Origin: an uncultured Trueperaceae bacterium
GTDB taxonomy: Bacteria > Deinococcota > Deinococci > Deinococcales > Trueperaceae
DNA: 64,000 nucleotides
NCBI GenBank assembly: GCA_963727505.1
Contig: CAVSGP010000004.1
Location: 704,001 to 768,000 of the forward strand
Reading direction: 5' to 3'
The notes beneath the pieces are model-generated. The model had not been told where the DNA came from and searched no databases. It worked only from the letters and a program-made list of their open reading frames with translations. This document shows, in pieces, positions 7,382-16,621 of this stretch (the stretch's first letter is position 1; every line of letters starts with the position of its first letter). A program made the translations under genes and the position numbers.

Positions 7382-10144
7382 TCAGCGCGCGCTGGCGCGC
7401 GCGCTCGACGCCACGGAGGCGCGCGAGCCCGAGAAGAGCCGTTGCAGCACCGCGCTGTACATCCCTGCGTCCTCGATCCCGTAGGAGGCCACGATCGCCT
7501 GGCTCCGCTGGTAGGCGGTGGCCAGGCCGAGCTTCCCGGCGGCGACGTCCGCGCTCTCCGCCACGAGCTGTCGTTCGGGTGCCGCCAGTGACGTCGGATC
7601 TACCCGATAGGCAGCGTACGCGCTGCCCAGGGCGTCGACGAGCGGCCCGAGGCGCAGCATGGCCTCGACCGGTCCCTGCAGGTTCCCCACGATCTGGTCC
7701 TTCCGGGTTACGCCGTGCACCGGGTTGATGTACAGGGCGTAGGCGAAGGCGTCGTCCTTGGCGGCCGGCTGCGCCAGCGCCCACGCCAGCTTCGCCGCAC
7801 CGGCGCAGACCGAGAAGTCGGGATCGAAGACGTTGAACGACCCGCTCAGGAGGTGCGGGTTGTACAGAGGCTTGTTCACGTCCTCGGAGACTGCACGCAG
7901 CAGCGTCAGCGCATCGGACGTCATCTGCGAGAGCCCCTTGTCGCCGGTCTGGCCGACGGCAAGCGGATTGAGATAGGACTCGTTGATGAGCACTTGAAGC
8001 AGAAGCCGCGCTGGCACCCCGTAAGCGGTGGACGCCTCTTCGATGTAGGGTTCGATCGGAGCCAGCCGACCCAGCATGAGCAGCTCGAAGTGGTTCAGGG
8101 GCCGGTAACCCTCGGCCGACCCGGGCAGGGTCTGCGGGGCCTCGCTGGGCTGTCGCAGATAGGCGGGCCGGCAGTAGTCCGAGAGTGCTGGCCGAGGTTC
8201 GTAAGACGGGGTAGCGGCGGCCGCCCCGTCGGCTCCCCCGCCGCCACCGCCGGCGGCGATCCGGGCGAAGGCCGCGGGCGCGGCCAGGGCGACCGCTCCC
8301 GTCACGGTAGCGTGAGCACGTGGAGCCTCCAGCCGGCGCGCGGAGCGCGACACGGGATCGAGCGGTAGCGCGATGGAAGCCTGGAACACGGGGATCGTCG
8401 CGCTCCCGGCCGGTTCCAGCAACAGCGCAGGGGCGACCTGCGCCGCATGCAAGGGCAACCACTCGTGCTGTGCCATGTCGAGGCGCGGCGTGTGCTCCAG
8501 CAGTCGCTGGGTGGCAAGCGGATCCGCTCCCGAGGCCGGCGCCAGCGCCAGGATGGCCACGAACACCGCCGTCAGGGACGTCAGCATGGTGGCGGCCGTA
8601 CCCAGCGTTCGTTTGTCGACGCCGCGCGCGGTGGGCCGCTCCCAGGCCACACCCTGGGTCCCCTTGACCGCCCTGCGGCTCGCTGCGCGACGCTCCCGGA
8701 AGAACGCGGGGACCACGCTGGAGGCCGCGGCGACGAAGCTGACGGGATTCGCCACCTTCAGAAGCATGTAGGGCAACCAGGTCTGGAGCGTCCTCCGGCC
8801 CGCGAACCGCAGGGCCGGAGCTCGCGCCCGGCGACCGTCGCGCGCCTGAGCGTAGAAGCCGGCGAAGGTCATGAGTCCCGTCGCGGCCAGGTCGATTCCG
8901 ACCCACAGAGCCAGGTTCCGCGCCAACGCGCTCGACCCCATCGCCCCCAACACGCCCAGCGCCAGCATCACCGGCACCAGAAGCAACAGCAGCAGCCCGA
9001 GAAGGTTCTCGAGCTGCGCCCCGAAGAGCGTGAAGCGCACGTTGGGAGTCATGGCGCGGTCGCCGGCCTCGCCCAGGACCCGCTTCAACGCGTTCTGGAT
9101 ACCGCCGCCGTGCCAGCGCTCGATCTGCCGCAGGTAGCCGCCGGCGTGGGCGGGATCCTCCGTGTACATCTGCGCGTCCCCCACGAAACGTGCGTTCCCT
9201 CCGCGACGGAGCTCGATCACGTCCTCGCGGTCGAAGGCCTGGTCGAAGGGGACCTCCTCCCCCTCCACGACGATCCTGAAGCCGCGCGCAGCGAGCGCGG
9301 CCGGCGACCAGCGCTCGACGGTGCGGGGCAACGCCTGCACGGCGAGGGTCAGGTCGTGATCCTCGGTGAGTGTGTCGGGCGACATCGGCAGCACGTCCCG
9401 GCGCACCGTGAAGCCGCACCCGACCACCGTGAACAGGCGGCTGGCCCCCCACAGGTCGCCGTCGCCCGGCGTGCGGACCTGCCCCCGCCGCAGCACCGAA
9501 GCGAAGGCGTACTCGGCCGAGCGGCCGGCCGCGATGAAGCGCTGCGCCCGCTGAGCCCCGGCGGGCACGAAGGACGTCACCGAACCGGACTGGAGGGCAT
9601 AGTCCTCCAGCACCGGCCTGCCGCTGTGCCAACGCAGCCGGTAGAAGTTCCGCCGCAGCGCGGCGATGAAGCCGCGGTCGAACACGGTGTCGCCGTCCAC
9701 CAGGAGCACGCGCTCGGCGGTCAACAGCGAGCTCGTCACCAGGTTGTTGACGGCCTCGGACTTGGCCGTGCGCTGCCGATAATCCAGCACCACCACGGCC
9801 ATCGCTTTCCCGGGATGGCGCCAGCGCTCGACGGTGGCAAGCAGCTGCGGCGCTGGTGCCCTGGCCAGACGCTCGAAGCCGAACTCCTCCAGGGTCGCCG
9901 TCACCACCGCGTGGGTACCGTCGCTCGAGCCGTTGACGCTGACCGCCAGCTCGTCCGGGAGGGAACTCTGCGTCAACAATGAGGCCAGCGCCCGTCGCGC
10001 TCCGGCCTCCTCGTTGTACATGGGTGAGACGACGGCCAGCCTGTCGGGCCCGCAGACGGGCAGACTGCGATCAGGGACCGTGCTGAGCGCCGCGTTGAGA
10101 AGGGTTGTGGGCATGGCGGACAGGCCGAAGAAGTTGGGCATCAC
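7382..10144 (-). CDS. Processive GT2 glycosyltransferase fused to a C-terminal lytic transglycosylase (SLT) domain
   Basis: PMYNEE, SSDGT, KSEAVN, DGD, TED and QIERW motifs, then TM helices; C-terminal EEASTAYGVP..LINES...GLSQM SLT motif. Confidence 0.85.
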   Translation of the reverse strand: MMPNFFGLSAMPTTLLNAALSTVPDRSLPVCGPDRLAVVSPMYNEEAGARRALASLLTQSSLPDELAVSVNGSSDGTHAVVTATLEEFGFERLARAPAPQLLATVERWRHPGKAMAVVVLDYRQRTAKSEAVNNLVTSSLLTAERVLLVDGDTVFDRGFIAALRRNFYRLRWHSGRPVLEDYALQSGSVTSFVPAGAQRAQRFIAAGRSAEYAFASVLRRGQVRTPGDGDLWGASRLFTVVGCGFTVRRDVLPMSPDTLTEDHDLTLAVQALPRTVERWSPAALAARGFRIVVEGEEVPFDQAFDREDVIELRRGGNARFVGDAQMYTEDPAHAGGYLRQIERWHGGGIQNALKRVLGEAGDRAMTPNVRFTLFGAQLENLLGLLLLLLVPVMLALGVLGAMGSSALARNLALWVGIDLAATGLMTFAGFYAQARDGRRARAPALRFAGRRTLQTWLPYMLLKVANPVSFVAAASSVVPAFFRERRAASRRAVKGTQGVAWERPTARGVDKRTLGTAATMLTSLTAVFVAILALAPASGADPLATQRLLEHTPRLDMAQHEWLPLHAAQVAPALLLEPAGSATIPVFQASIALPLDPVSRSARRLEAPRAHATVTGAVALAAPAAFARIAAGGGGGGADGAAAATPSYEPRPALSDYCRPAYLRQPSEAPQTLPGSAEGYRPLNHFELLMLGRLAPIEPYIEEASTAYGVPARLLLQVLINESYLNPLAVGQTGDKGLSQMTSDALTLLRAVSEDVNKPLYNPHLLSGSFNVFDPDFSVCAGAAKLAWALAQPAAKDDAFAYALYINPVHGVTRKDQIVGNLQGPVEAMLRLGPLVDALGSAYAAYRVDPTSLAAPERQLVAESADVAAGKLGLATAYQRSQAIVASYGIEDAGMYSAVLQRLFSGSRASVASSARASAR

Positions 10145-10349
10145 GAAGTCCTATCCGTCTTAGGGCTCTCGGTCGACAGCGGCGGGCGCTGCAAGCGGAC
10201 GAACGCGCGTTTCGCGCGCCCATCGAGCCGCAGCGGCCCAATCCGAATCATCTGGCTTCCTGTGTATCATCGCGTTCCCTGCCCTGTCGCCCAGCCGTCA
10301 CAGCCCTGTGGCCTGGGTGGTTTACGATCGTATGATTTGGGAGGTGCGG

Positions 10350-10973
10350 ATGGCACTTCATATCAGCGGTAAGCTCGTGGCCGTAGGCCTCGTCCTGGCC
10401 GCCCTGATCACCGCATTCAGCGCCCCCCGCAGCGTGCAGGACCCGGGCGTCGCCCTGGCCATCACCCCCACCGCTACCGTCCGCTCCACGCCGGCCTCGC
10501 CGGATGCCGCCCGGACCAGCTCGGTGGGACCCGTGGCCAACCCCGTGTTCACGCTGCGGGCCACAGGCTACAACTCGATGGTCGATCAGACCGACGCCAC
10601 ACCGTTCATCACCTCGACGGGACAGCGTACCCGTTTCGGGATCATCGCGGTGAGCCCCGACCTGTTGGGTCATGATCTGCCGTATGGCAGCCTGGTGCGG
10701 ATCCGCGACCTCGGGAACTACTACACCGGGCGCGGATACGGCAGCTACCAGAGCCTGCTCGACAGCCAGGGACTGTTCATCGTCGAGGACACCATGCACT
10801 ATCAGAAGCGCGACCAGATCGACATCTGGTTCAGCGACTACGCCAGCGCGGTGAACTGGGGCATGCGCAAGGTGCGCGTCGAGGTCATCCGTTACGGGCG
10901 CAACGGGCCCAAGCTCGAGCCCTCCCGCGCCAGCGACTTCAGCGGCACGCCCCGCCTGACGGCCTCCCGCTGA
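10350..10973 (+). CDS. Secreted 3D-domain (MltA-like) cell-wall protein
   Basis: ATGYNS..QTDATPFITSTG, IIAVSPD, PYGS, VEDTM...IDIW; GGAGG SD and TATGAT upstream. Confidence 0.85.
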   Translation: MALHISGKLVAVGLVLAALITAFSAPRSVQDPGVALAITPTATVRSTPASPDAARTSSVGPVANPVFTLRATGYNSMVDQTDATPFITSTGQRTRFGIIAVSPDLLGHDLPYGSLVRIRDLGNYYTGRGYGSYQSLLDSQGLFIVEDTMHYQKRDQIDIWFSDYASAVNWGMRKVRVEVIRYGRNGPKLEPSRASDFSGTPRLTASR

Positions 10974-11106
10974 CCCCTTCGGCCGGCCGCCCGCACGGCC
11001 GCCGGCCCCTCCCCCCTTCCCGACGTTCAAGGCCGAGCCTCGCGGGGGCTCCCGGCCCCGGCCCAGGGCGGCTCGGGAGGCTCTCGACCGCACGGTAGAC
11101 TGGCCC

Positions 11107-12288
11107 GTGCGCAGCCTCGTACCGTACCTGGCCTGGCGGCACGTTCGCCGGCGCGGGCTGCAGTCGGGCCTCACCGTGCTCGGCGTGGCGGTCGGCGTGA
11201 TGGTCCTGATCGTGGCGCTGTCGCTGACCAACGGCTTCGTAGACGAGCTGATCCGCAGCACGCTCAAGGCCACCCCGATGCTCACGCTCGAGAGCTACGT
11301 CTCCGGGCAGACCCTTGCGAACGACCCGAAGGTCGGGCGCGCGCTGGCGGAGCGCACCTCGGTCACCGCCGTCGCCCCCTTCCTCAGCACGCAAGCGCTC
11401 ATCGCCCGGCGTGCCAGTGCCAGCCTCGGCATCACCGCCCGCCAGGGCTACACCCAGATCGTCGGCATCGACCCCTCCCTGGAGACGAAGGTCCTGGACC
11501 TCCCGATCCTGAAGAAGCAGGCGACCGCCCTCGCGCAGAAGGACGGCATCGTGCTCGGCGCCTCCCTGGCGCAGCAACTCGGCGTGCTCACCGGCGACAA
11601 GGTCGTGCTACGCGACATCACGGGGCACACCGCCGAACTCACCGTGGCGGGCACCTTCCGGGTCGGTAACGAGCTCATCGACGGCGTCGCCTCCTACATG
11701 TCGCTGGCGAACCTCCAGCAGTACATGCACGTGGGCGACCAGATCAGCGGGTACCACCTGCGCCTGGCCGATCCCCAGGGCGCTGCCGGCGTCGGCGTGA
11801 CGCTCGGGGACGCCTTCGGACTGCGCCCGGTGTCGTGGGACAGCCTGTTCGCCAACCTCATCAGCCAGCTCCGGCTGCAGAAGGCGGTCATCGCGGTGGT
11901 GGTGTTCCTGATCGTGCTGGTCGCCGCCATGGGGATCGCCAACATCCTGGTGCTGACGGTCTCGGAGAAGACCGAAGAGATCGCCATCCTGCGCGCGCTG
12001 GGCGCGACCCGGCGCCAGATCCTGGCCGTCTTCACCGTCGAGGGTCTGCTGCTCGGAGCCACCGGCACCCTGCTCGGCGCCCTGCTGGGGCTGGGCGTGA
12101 GCGCCTACTTCCGCCTGCAGCCCTACCCCCTGCCCGGCAACCTCTACTTCATCACCCAGCTCCCCGTGCGCCTGCAGGCCACCGACGTGCTGTGGGTCTG
12201 CGGTCTTGCCATCGGAACCAGCGTCCTGGCGGGGCTCTTCCCGGCGAGGCGGGCAGCCGACCTCGACCCCGTCGACGTGCTCCGTTGA
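11107..12288 (+). CDS. LolC/E-FtsX family ABC permease
   Basis: GVAVGVMVLIVALSLTNGF, EKTEEIAILRALGA, LFPARRAA..DPV. Confidence 0.88.
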   Translation: MRSLVPYLAWRHVRRRGLQSGLTVLGVAVGVMVLIVALSLTNGFVDELIRSTLKATPMLTLESYVSGQTLANDPKVGRALAERTSVTAVAPFLSTQALIARRASASLGITARQGYTQIVGIDPSLETKVLDLPILKKQATALAQKDGIVLGASLAQQLGVLTGDKVVLRDITGHTAELTVAGTFRVGNELIDGVASYMSLANLQQYMHVGDQISGYHLRLADPQGAAGVGVTLGDAFGLRPVSWDSLFANLISQLRLQKAVIAVVVFLIVLVAAMGIANILVLTVSEKTEEIAILRALGATRRQILAVFTVEGLLLGATGTLLGALLGLGVSAYFRLQPYPLPGNLYFITQLPVRLQATDVLWVCGLAIGTSVLAGLFPARRAADLDPVDVLR

Positions 12289-12890
12289 TGGCGCGGCGCG
12301 CTCCGCTCGACCGGGAACGGGCCTGGACCTACCTCCTCGACCTGCTCACCCGTCGCGACTACACCGAAGCCGAGCTGCGCACCAAACTGAGGCGCCGGCA
12401 GGTCGAGGACGGCGACGTGGACGCCCTGCTCGACCGCCTGCGCGAGCTCGGCCTGGCCAACGACGAGCGCTTCGCCGAGCACTACGTCGCGTCGCGTCGC
12501 CGCGCCCGCGGCCGCCTGGCGCTCCGGACCGAGCTGCGCCGCAAGGGGGTCGACCCGGCGCTCGTCGAGCGCGAGCTCGAGCCGCTCACCGAAGCGCAAC
12601 AGGTGAAGGCCGCGGCCGCCCTCCTCCGGCGCTTCGCGTGGCGTTACCAGCCCGGCAGCGGCCGTCCCGGGTCCGGCGCGCGCTCCGGCACCGCGCCGGA
12701 CCCGGGCGGGGACGGGGGGACGGGCGCGGATCCCGCAGTGGAGGCCGCAGCGGAGGCCGCAGCGGAGGCCCGGCGCGCCGCCCTCAAGGAGCGCGCGCGG
12801 GCCTTCGCCTTCCTGGCGCGGCGCGGCTTCACCGCCGGCGTCGCCGGCGACGCCATCCGCGCCCTCGGATGGTGGGAGGACGACGGCTGA
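12288..12890 (+). CDS. recX: Regulatory protein RecX
   Basis: LLTRRDYTEAELR..L, NDERFAE, ELRRKGV, AFLARRGF; TGATG coupling. Confidence 0.88.
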   Translation: MARRAPLDRERAWTYLLDLLTRRDYTEAELRTKLRRRQVEDGDVDALLDRLRELGLANDERFAEHYVASRRRARGRLALRTELRRKGVDPALVERELEPLTEAQQVKAAAALLRRFAWRYQPGSGRPGSGARSGTAPDPGGDGGTGADPAVEAAAEAAAEARRAALKERARAFAFLARRGFTAGVAGDAIRALGWWEDDG

Positions 12891-12932
12891 ACGGGCCACG
12901 GCGCCCCGGCCGGAGACCGGCTACGCGTCGCC

Positions 12933-12961
12933 TTGACCCCCCGGCCCGGGGCTAGTAGAGT
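12933..12961 (+). promoter_or_regulatory. Sigma70-type promoter of tRNA-Pro
   Basis: TTGACC-N17-TAGAGT, 12 nt before the tRNA. Confidence 0.7.
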
Positions 12962-12973
12962 TATGAGTTGCGT

Positions 12974-13051
<78 letters not shown>

Positions 13052-13054
13052 ACG

Positions 13055-13084
13055 GCGGGACCTCTGCAGGGCGGGAGGTCCCGC
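13055..13084. terminator. Hairpin between convergent tRNA-Pro and thioesterase
   Basis: gcgggacctc/gaggtcccgc 10-bp stem. Confidence 0.65.
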
Positions 13085-13088
13085 GTTC

Positions 13089-13520
13089 TCATGTCGAGGG
13101 TGCGTCCGGCGCGTCGATCAGCGCCAGCGTGCAACGCGACACGCACACCAGCCGTCCCCCTTCATCGCGGATCTCGACGCTCCACAGCTGGGTGCTGCGC
13201 CCCTGGTGGAGCGGCGTTCCCACCGCCGTGAGGGTCCCCTCGCGCACCGACCGCACGTGGTTGGCGTTGATCTCCAGGCCCACGGCGCGCCGGCGCGCGG
13301 TGTCGATGCTGACCGTGGAGCCGTAGCTGGCGACCGTCTCCGCCAGCGCCACCGACGCCCCGCCGTGCAGGATGCCGAAGGGCTGGTGGTGCGCCGGCGT
13401 CACGGGCATGGTGGCGACCACCCGCTCCGGCGTCGCCTCCGTGACGACGATCCCCAGCGTCTCCATCAGGGTGTCGGGCTGGGTTCCGAGGATCTGGATG
13501 GGGCGCGCGTGCTCGGCCAT
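13089..13520 (-). CDS. PaaI/MenI-like hotdog-fold thioesterase
   Basis: [30 protein letters not shown]. Confidence 0.9.
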   Translation of the reverse strand: MAEHARPIQILGTQPDTLMETLGIVVTEATPERVVATMPVTPAHHQPFGILHGGASVALAETVASYGSTVSIDTARRRAVGLEINANHVRSVREGTLTAVGTPLHQGRSTQLWSVEIRDEGGRLVCVSRCTLALIDAPDAPST

Positions 13521-13609
13521 GGCGTCAGGCTACACCTTGCTATACTGGCCGGCGTTGACCCGGGCGGGAGGTGACATACCGCCCCGGGCGCTCTCTCGAG
13601 GAGGCCCCC

Positions 13610-14527
13610 GTGTCCCGCGCCAACGGCTCCCCCAACATGAGCACGAACGCCAGGACGGTGCTCGCCGCCGCAGCCATCGGTCTGGCCGCCGCGCTGGGCA
13701 ACGGCCTGCTGTGGCGGCTGTCGCAGTTCGGGCAGCACCCCTACCCGGTGCTCCCCTTCGCGCTGATCACTCTGTTCGGCCTGCTGTTCACCGGCCTGCT
13801 GGCCGACCTGACGGCGGGGCAGGGCACGCGGCAAGCCGCGCGCGTGCTGTCGGCAGCGCTGGTAGCGGGCGCGCCGGCCGCGCTCACGCTCCCCTTCGCC
13901 GAGCCGCGCTACGCCCTCGCACCGGTCGCCGCCGTCGCCGCGGCCGCGCTGCTGCGCTTCACGGTGCCGCGGCGCGCCATCATGCTCGGCGCCATGGCCG
14001 TGTACGTGAGCTGCACCCTGTTGGCGAACTACACCTTCGACAGCTTCCTGCCCGTAGGCGGCTTCTTCCTGCTCAACGTCGGCACGCTGTTCTTCGGCGT
14101 CACCTTCACACAACGCGACCGCGTGCACGGCTTCGGGCGCCGGGCCGTCTACGCCATGATCCTCGCGGCCGCCGTCGCCAACGTGGCGCTGTCGTCGCAA
14201 CTTGGAACCCCGCTGCGCTACGTGGCCGTCAGCTTCCTGTCGATCGTGCTGTCCGAGACGGCCGACACCGAGATCTACCAGCGCCTCATCCACCGTCGTT
14301 GGATCACCCGGGTCGCGTCCTCCAACGCCGTCAGCGCCCCCATGGACACCCTCATCTTCACCTTCCTGGCCTTCCTGGGGCAGGACTTCGCCACGCCCCG
14401 CTGGTTCGTGCAGGTGATCGCCACGGACATCGTGGTGAAGTACGCGAGCAGCATGATCGCCGCCACCCGCATGCTCGACCTGCCCAAGGTCCTGGCCCGC
14501 CGAACGGCATCGATCGACGCCCCCTGA
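13610..14527 (+). CDS. yhhQ: VUT/YhhQ-family queuosine-precursor transporter with an extra N-terminal membrane region
   Basis: LLANY...GTLFFGVTFTQRD..H..G, SETADT..YQ, SNAVSAPMDTLIF; GAGGAGG SD before GTG. Confidence 0.75.
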   Translation: MSRANGSPNMSTNARTVLAAAAIGLAAALGNGLLWRLSQFGQHPYPVLPFALITLFGLLFTGLLADLTAGQGTRQAARVLSAALVAGAPAALTLPFAEPRYALAPVAAVAAAALLRFTVPRRAIMLGAMAVYVSCTLLANYTFDSFLPVGGFFLLNVGTLFFGVTFTQRDRVHGFGRRAVYAMILAAAVANVALSSQLGTPLRYVAVSFLSIVLSETADTEIYQRLIHRRWITRVASSNAVSAPMDTLIFTFLAFLGQDFATPRWFVQVIATDIVVKYASSMIAATRMLDLPKVLARRTASIDAP

Positions 14528-14620
14528 GGGGACCGAGCGCCCTGGAAGGCGCCCCTGGTAGGCTGACAGGGAAGGGCCCACGACGCCACTCGCTCGGCGC
14601 GCGGGCCCGGGAGGAGTTCC

Positions 14621-15082
14621 ATGGCCGCCATGACCTTCGCCGACTACCGGGACGCCGCCGGGCGCGACCTCGGCGTCTCACCATGGGTTCGGATCGACCA
14701 GCCCCGCATCGACGCCTTCGCCGACTGCACCGACGACCACCAGTGGATCCATGTCGAGCCCGAGCGCGCGGCCGCCGGCCCGTTCGGCACCACCATCGCG
14801 CACGGTTACCTGACGATGTCGCTCCTCGTGCCGATGCTCGAGGGCGTGGGCGCCTTCCCCGAGGACGGCACCACCATCGTCAACTACGGCATCGACCGCC
14901 TGCGCTTCCTCGCGCCGGTACCGTCGGGCTCGAGGGTGCGCCTCCACGCACGCGTCGCCGACGTGCGCCCCAAGGGCGACGAGCGCCTGCTGGTGAGCTT
15001 CGACTGCAACGTCGAGATCGAAGGCCAGGAGAGCCCCGCGCTCATCGCGCAGGTGCTGCACCTGCTGGTCGCCGCCGCCTGA
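14621..15082 (+). CDS. MaoC-family dehydratase
   Basis: FADCTDDHQWIHV, TIAHGYLT, NYGIDRLRF.APV. Confidence 0.9.
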   Translation: MAAMTFADYRDAAGRDLGVSPWVRIDQPRIDAFADCTDDHQWIHVEPERAAAGPFGTTIAHGYLTMSLLVPMLEGVGAFPEDGTTIVNYGIDRLRFLAPVPSGSRVRLHARVADVRPKGDERLLVSFDCNVEIEGQESPALIAQVLHLLVAAA

Positions 15083-15141
15083 CCGCGAGCACCTGAAACC
15101 GAGCACCTGGAACTGGAACCGAGCGATCGCCTTCGGAGCGC

Positions 15142-16524
15142 TCAGCGCCCGTCCACACTCGCCTGCGCCCCCCGCCCGGCGACGGCCCGGGCGAGGCGGC
15201 GACCGATCCCCAGCGCGAGCGCTTCCTCCCCCGGTCGGGTCGCCACCATCAGGCCGACCGACAGCCCGTCGGGGGTGTCGCCCGCCGGCACGCTCACCGC
15301 CGGCGAGGCCAGCACGTTGAACACGGTGGTGTTGCGCAGCATCAGGGCGTTGGCGGTGACGTACGCGGCGTCGTCCCCCAGCGCATCGATGCGCGGCGGC
15401 AGGATCGCCAGGGACGGCGCGATCACCGCGTCCACACCGGCCAACTCGGGCCAGAAGCGGCGGCGCAGGGCGGCGCGCGCGTAGCCCAGCCGGATGTAGT
15501 CCGCAGACGGCCGGCCCCCGACCTTCAGGATCCGCGCCACCACCCGCGGGTCCATGGCGTCACCCTGCTCTCTCAGGATGTCCTCGTAGAGGGCGAACGC
15601 CTCGTGGCTGGCGAAGCTGCCGAAGCGCCGGTAGAGCTCCGGGACCTCCGCCAGCAGCGGCAGCTCCCCCCGGCGCACTTCCATGCCCAGCGCCGCTAGC
15701 CGCTCCAGGGCAGCGTCGAAGACCCGCTCGACGGCCGGATCGAGCTCGGCCTGCAACACCGTGGTCGGCGCCAGCAACACCAACCTCTCGGGGGGCTCGG
15801 GCAGATCGCGGTAGGGCTCGGCCGCCATCGCCTGGAACAGCGCCCAGGCATCGTCGGCATCGCGCGCCAGCGGGCCGAGGGTATCGAGCGTCGTGGAGAG
15901 CGGCACCGCACCCTCGGTCGGGATCCGACCGTCGGTCGTCTTCAGGCCCACGATGCCGTTCACGGCAGCCGGGATGCGCACCGACCCGCCGGTGTCCGAA
16001 CCCAGCGCCGCGGCGGCCAGGCCCGAGGCCACCGCCACCCCGGAGCCCGACGAGGAGCCGCCGGGAACGCGCGTCGCGTCGCGAACACAGGGGGGCGTTC
16101 CGAAATGGGGGTTGATGCCGATGCCGGAGAATGCCAGCTCCGTCATCGTGGTCCGACCCAGGAACACCGCTCCGGCGGCGTCGAGGCGGGCCACGACCGG
16201 CGCGTCGTCCTCCGCCGGCGCCCGCTCGAGCAGCACCCTGGAGCCCGCGGCGCTGACTTCGCCCTCCATGTCCAGCAGGTCCTTCACCGCGATCGGGACG
16301 CCCTGCAGCGGTCCGGTGTCGACGCCGGCGCGCAGCAGCCGGCTGGCCTCGTGCGCCTGGCGCCGCGCGCGCTCGGCAGTGACCCGCCGGTAGACGAGCT
16401 CTCCGGCGGGGTGGGCGTCGATCGCGGACAGGTAGGCTTCGGTGACGTCGACGGGGTCGAGCTCACCCGCGCGGTAGGCTCGAGCCAGAGAGAGGACGGT
16501 CAGGGACGTCAGTTCGGCGGCCAT
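15142..16524 (-). CDS. Amidase signature family protein
   Basis: PLQGVPIAVKD, PGGSSSGS, GSDTGGSVRIPA. Confidence 0.92.
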   Translation of the reverse strand: MAAELTSLTVLSLARAYRAGELDPVDVTEAYLSAIDAHPAGELVYRRVTAERARRQAHEASRLLRAGVDTGPLQGVPIAVKDLLDMEGEVSAAGSRVLLERAPAEDDAPVVARLDAAGAVFLGRTTMTELAFSGIGINPHFGTPPCVRDATRVPGGSSSGSGVAVASGLAAAALGSDTGGSVRIPAAVNGIVGLKTTDGRIPTEGAVPLSTTLDTLGPLARDADDAWALFQAMAAEPYRDLPEPPERLVLLAPTTVLQAELDPAVERVFDAALERLAALGMEVRRGELPLLAEVPELYRRFGSFASHEAFALYEDILREQGDAMDPRVVARILKVGGRPSADYIRLGYARAALRRRFWPELAGVDAVIAPSLAILPPRIDALGDDAAYVTANALMLRNTTVFNVLASPAVSVPAGDTPDGLSVGLMVATRPGEEALALGIGRRLARAVAGRGAQASVDGR

Positions 16525-16621
16525 GGGCCAGCATACCGCGCCGTTCGGCGACGCCGGAGGGGGCTGTAGAACCTTGCGGGGCTGCCGTGTCCCGAGACTC
16601 CGACAGGCTAGAGTAGAGAGC

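Noticed and set aside
15085..15125. Short imperfect repeats (gagcacctg(a/g)aac) between convergent genes
   Set aside because: Two to three degenerate copies with no spacer structure; likely slippage
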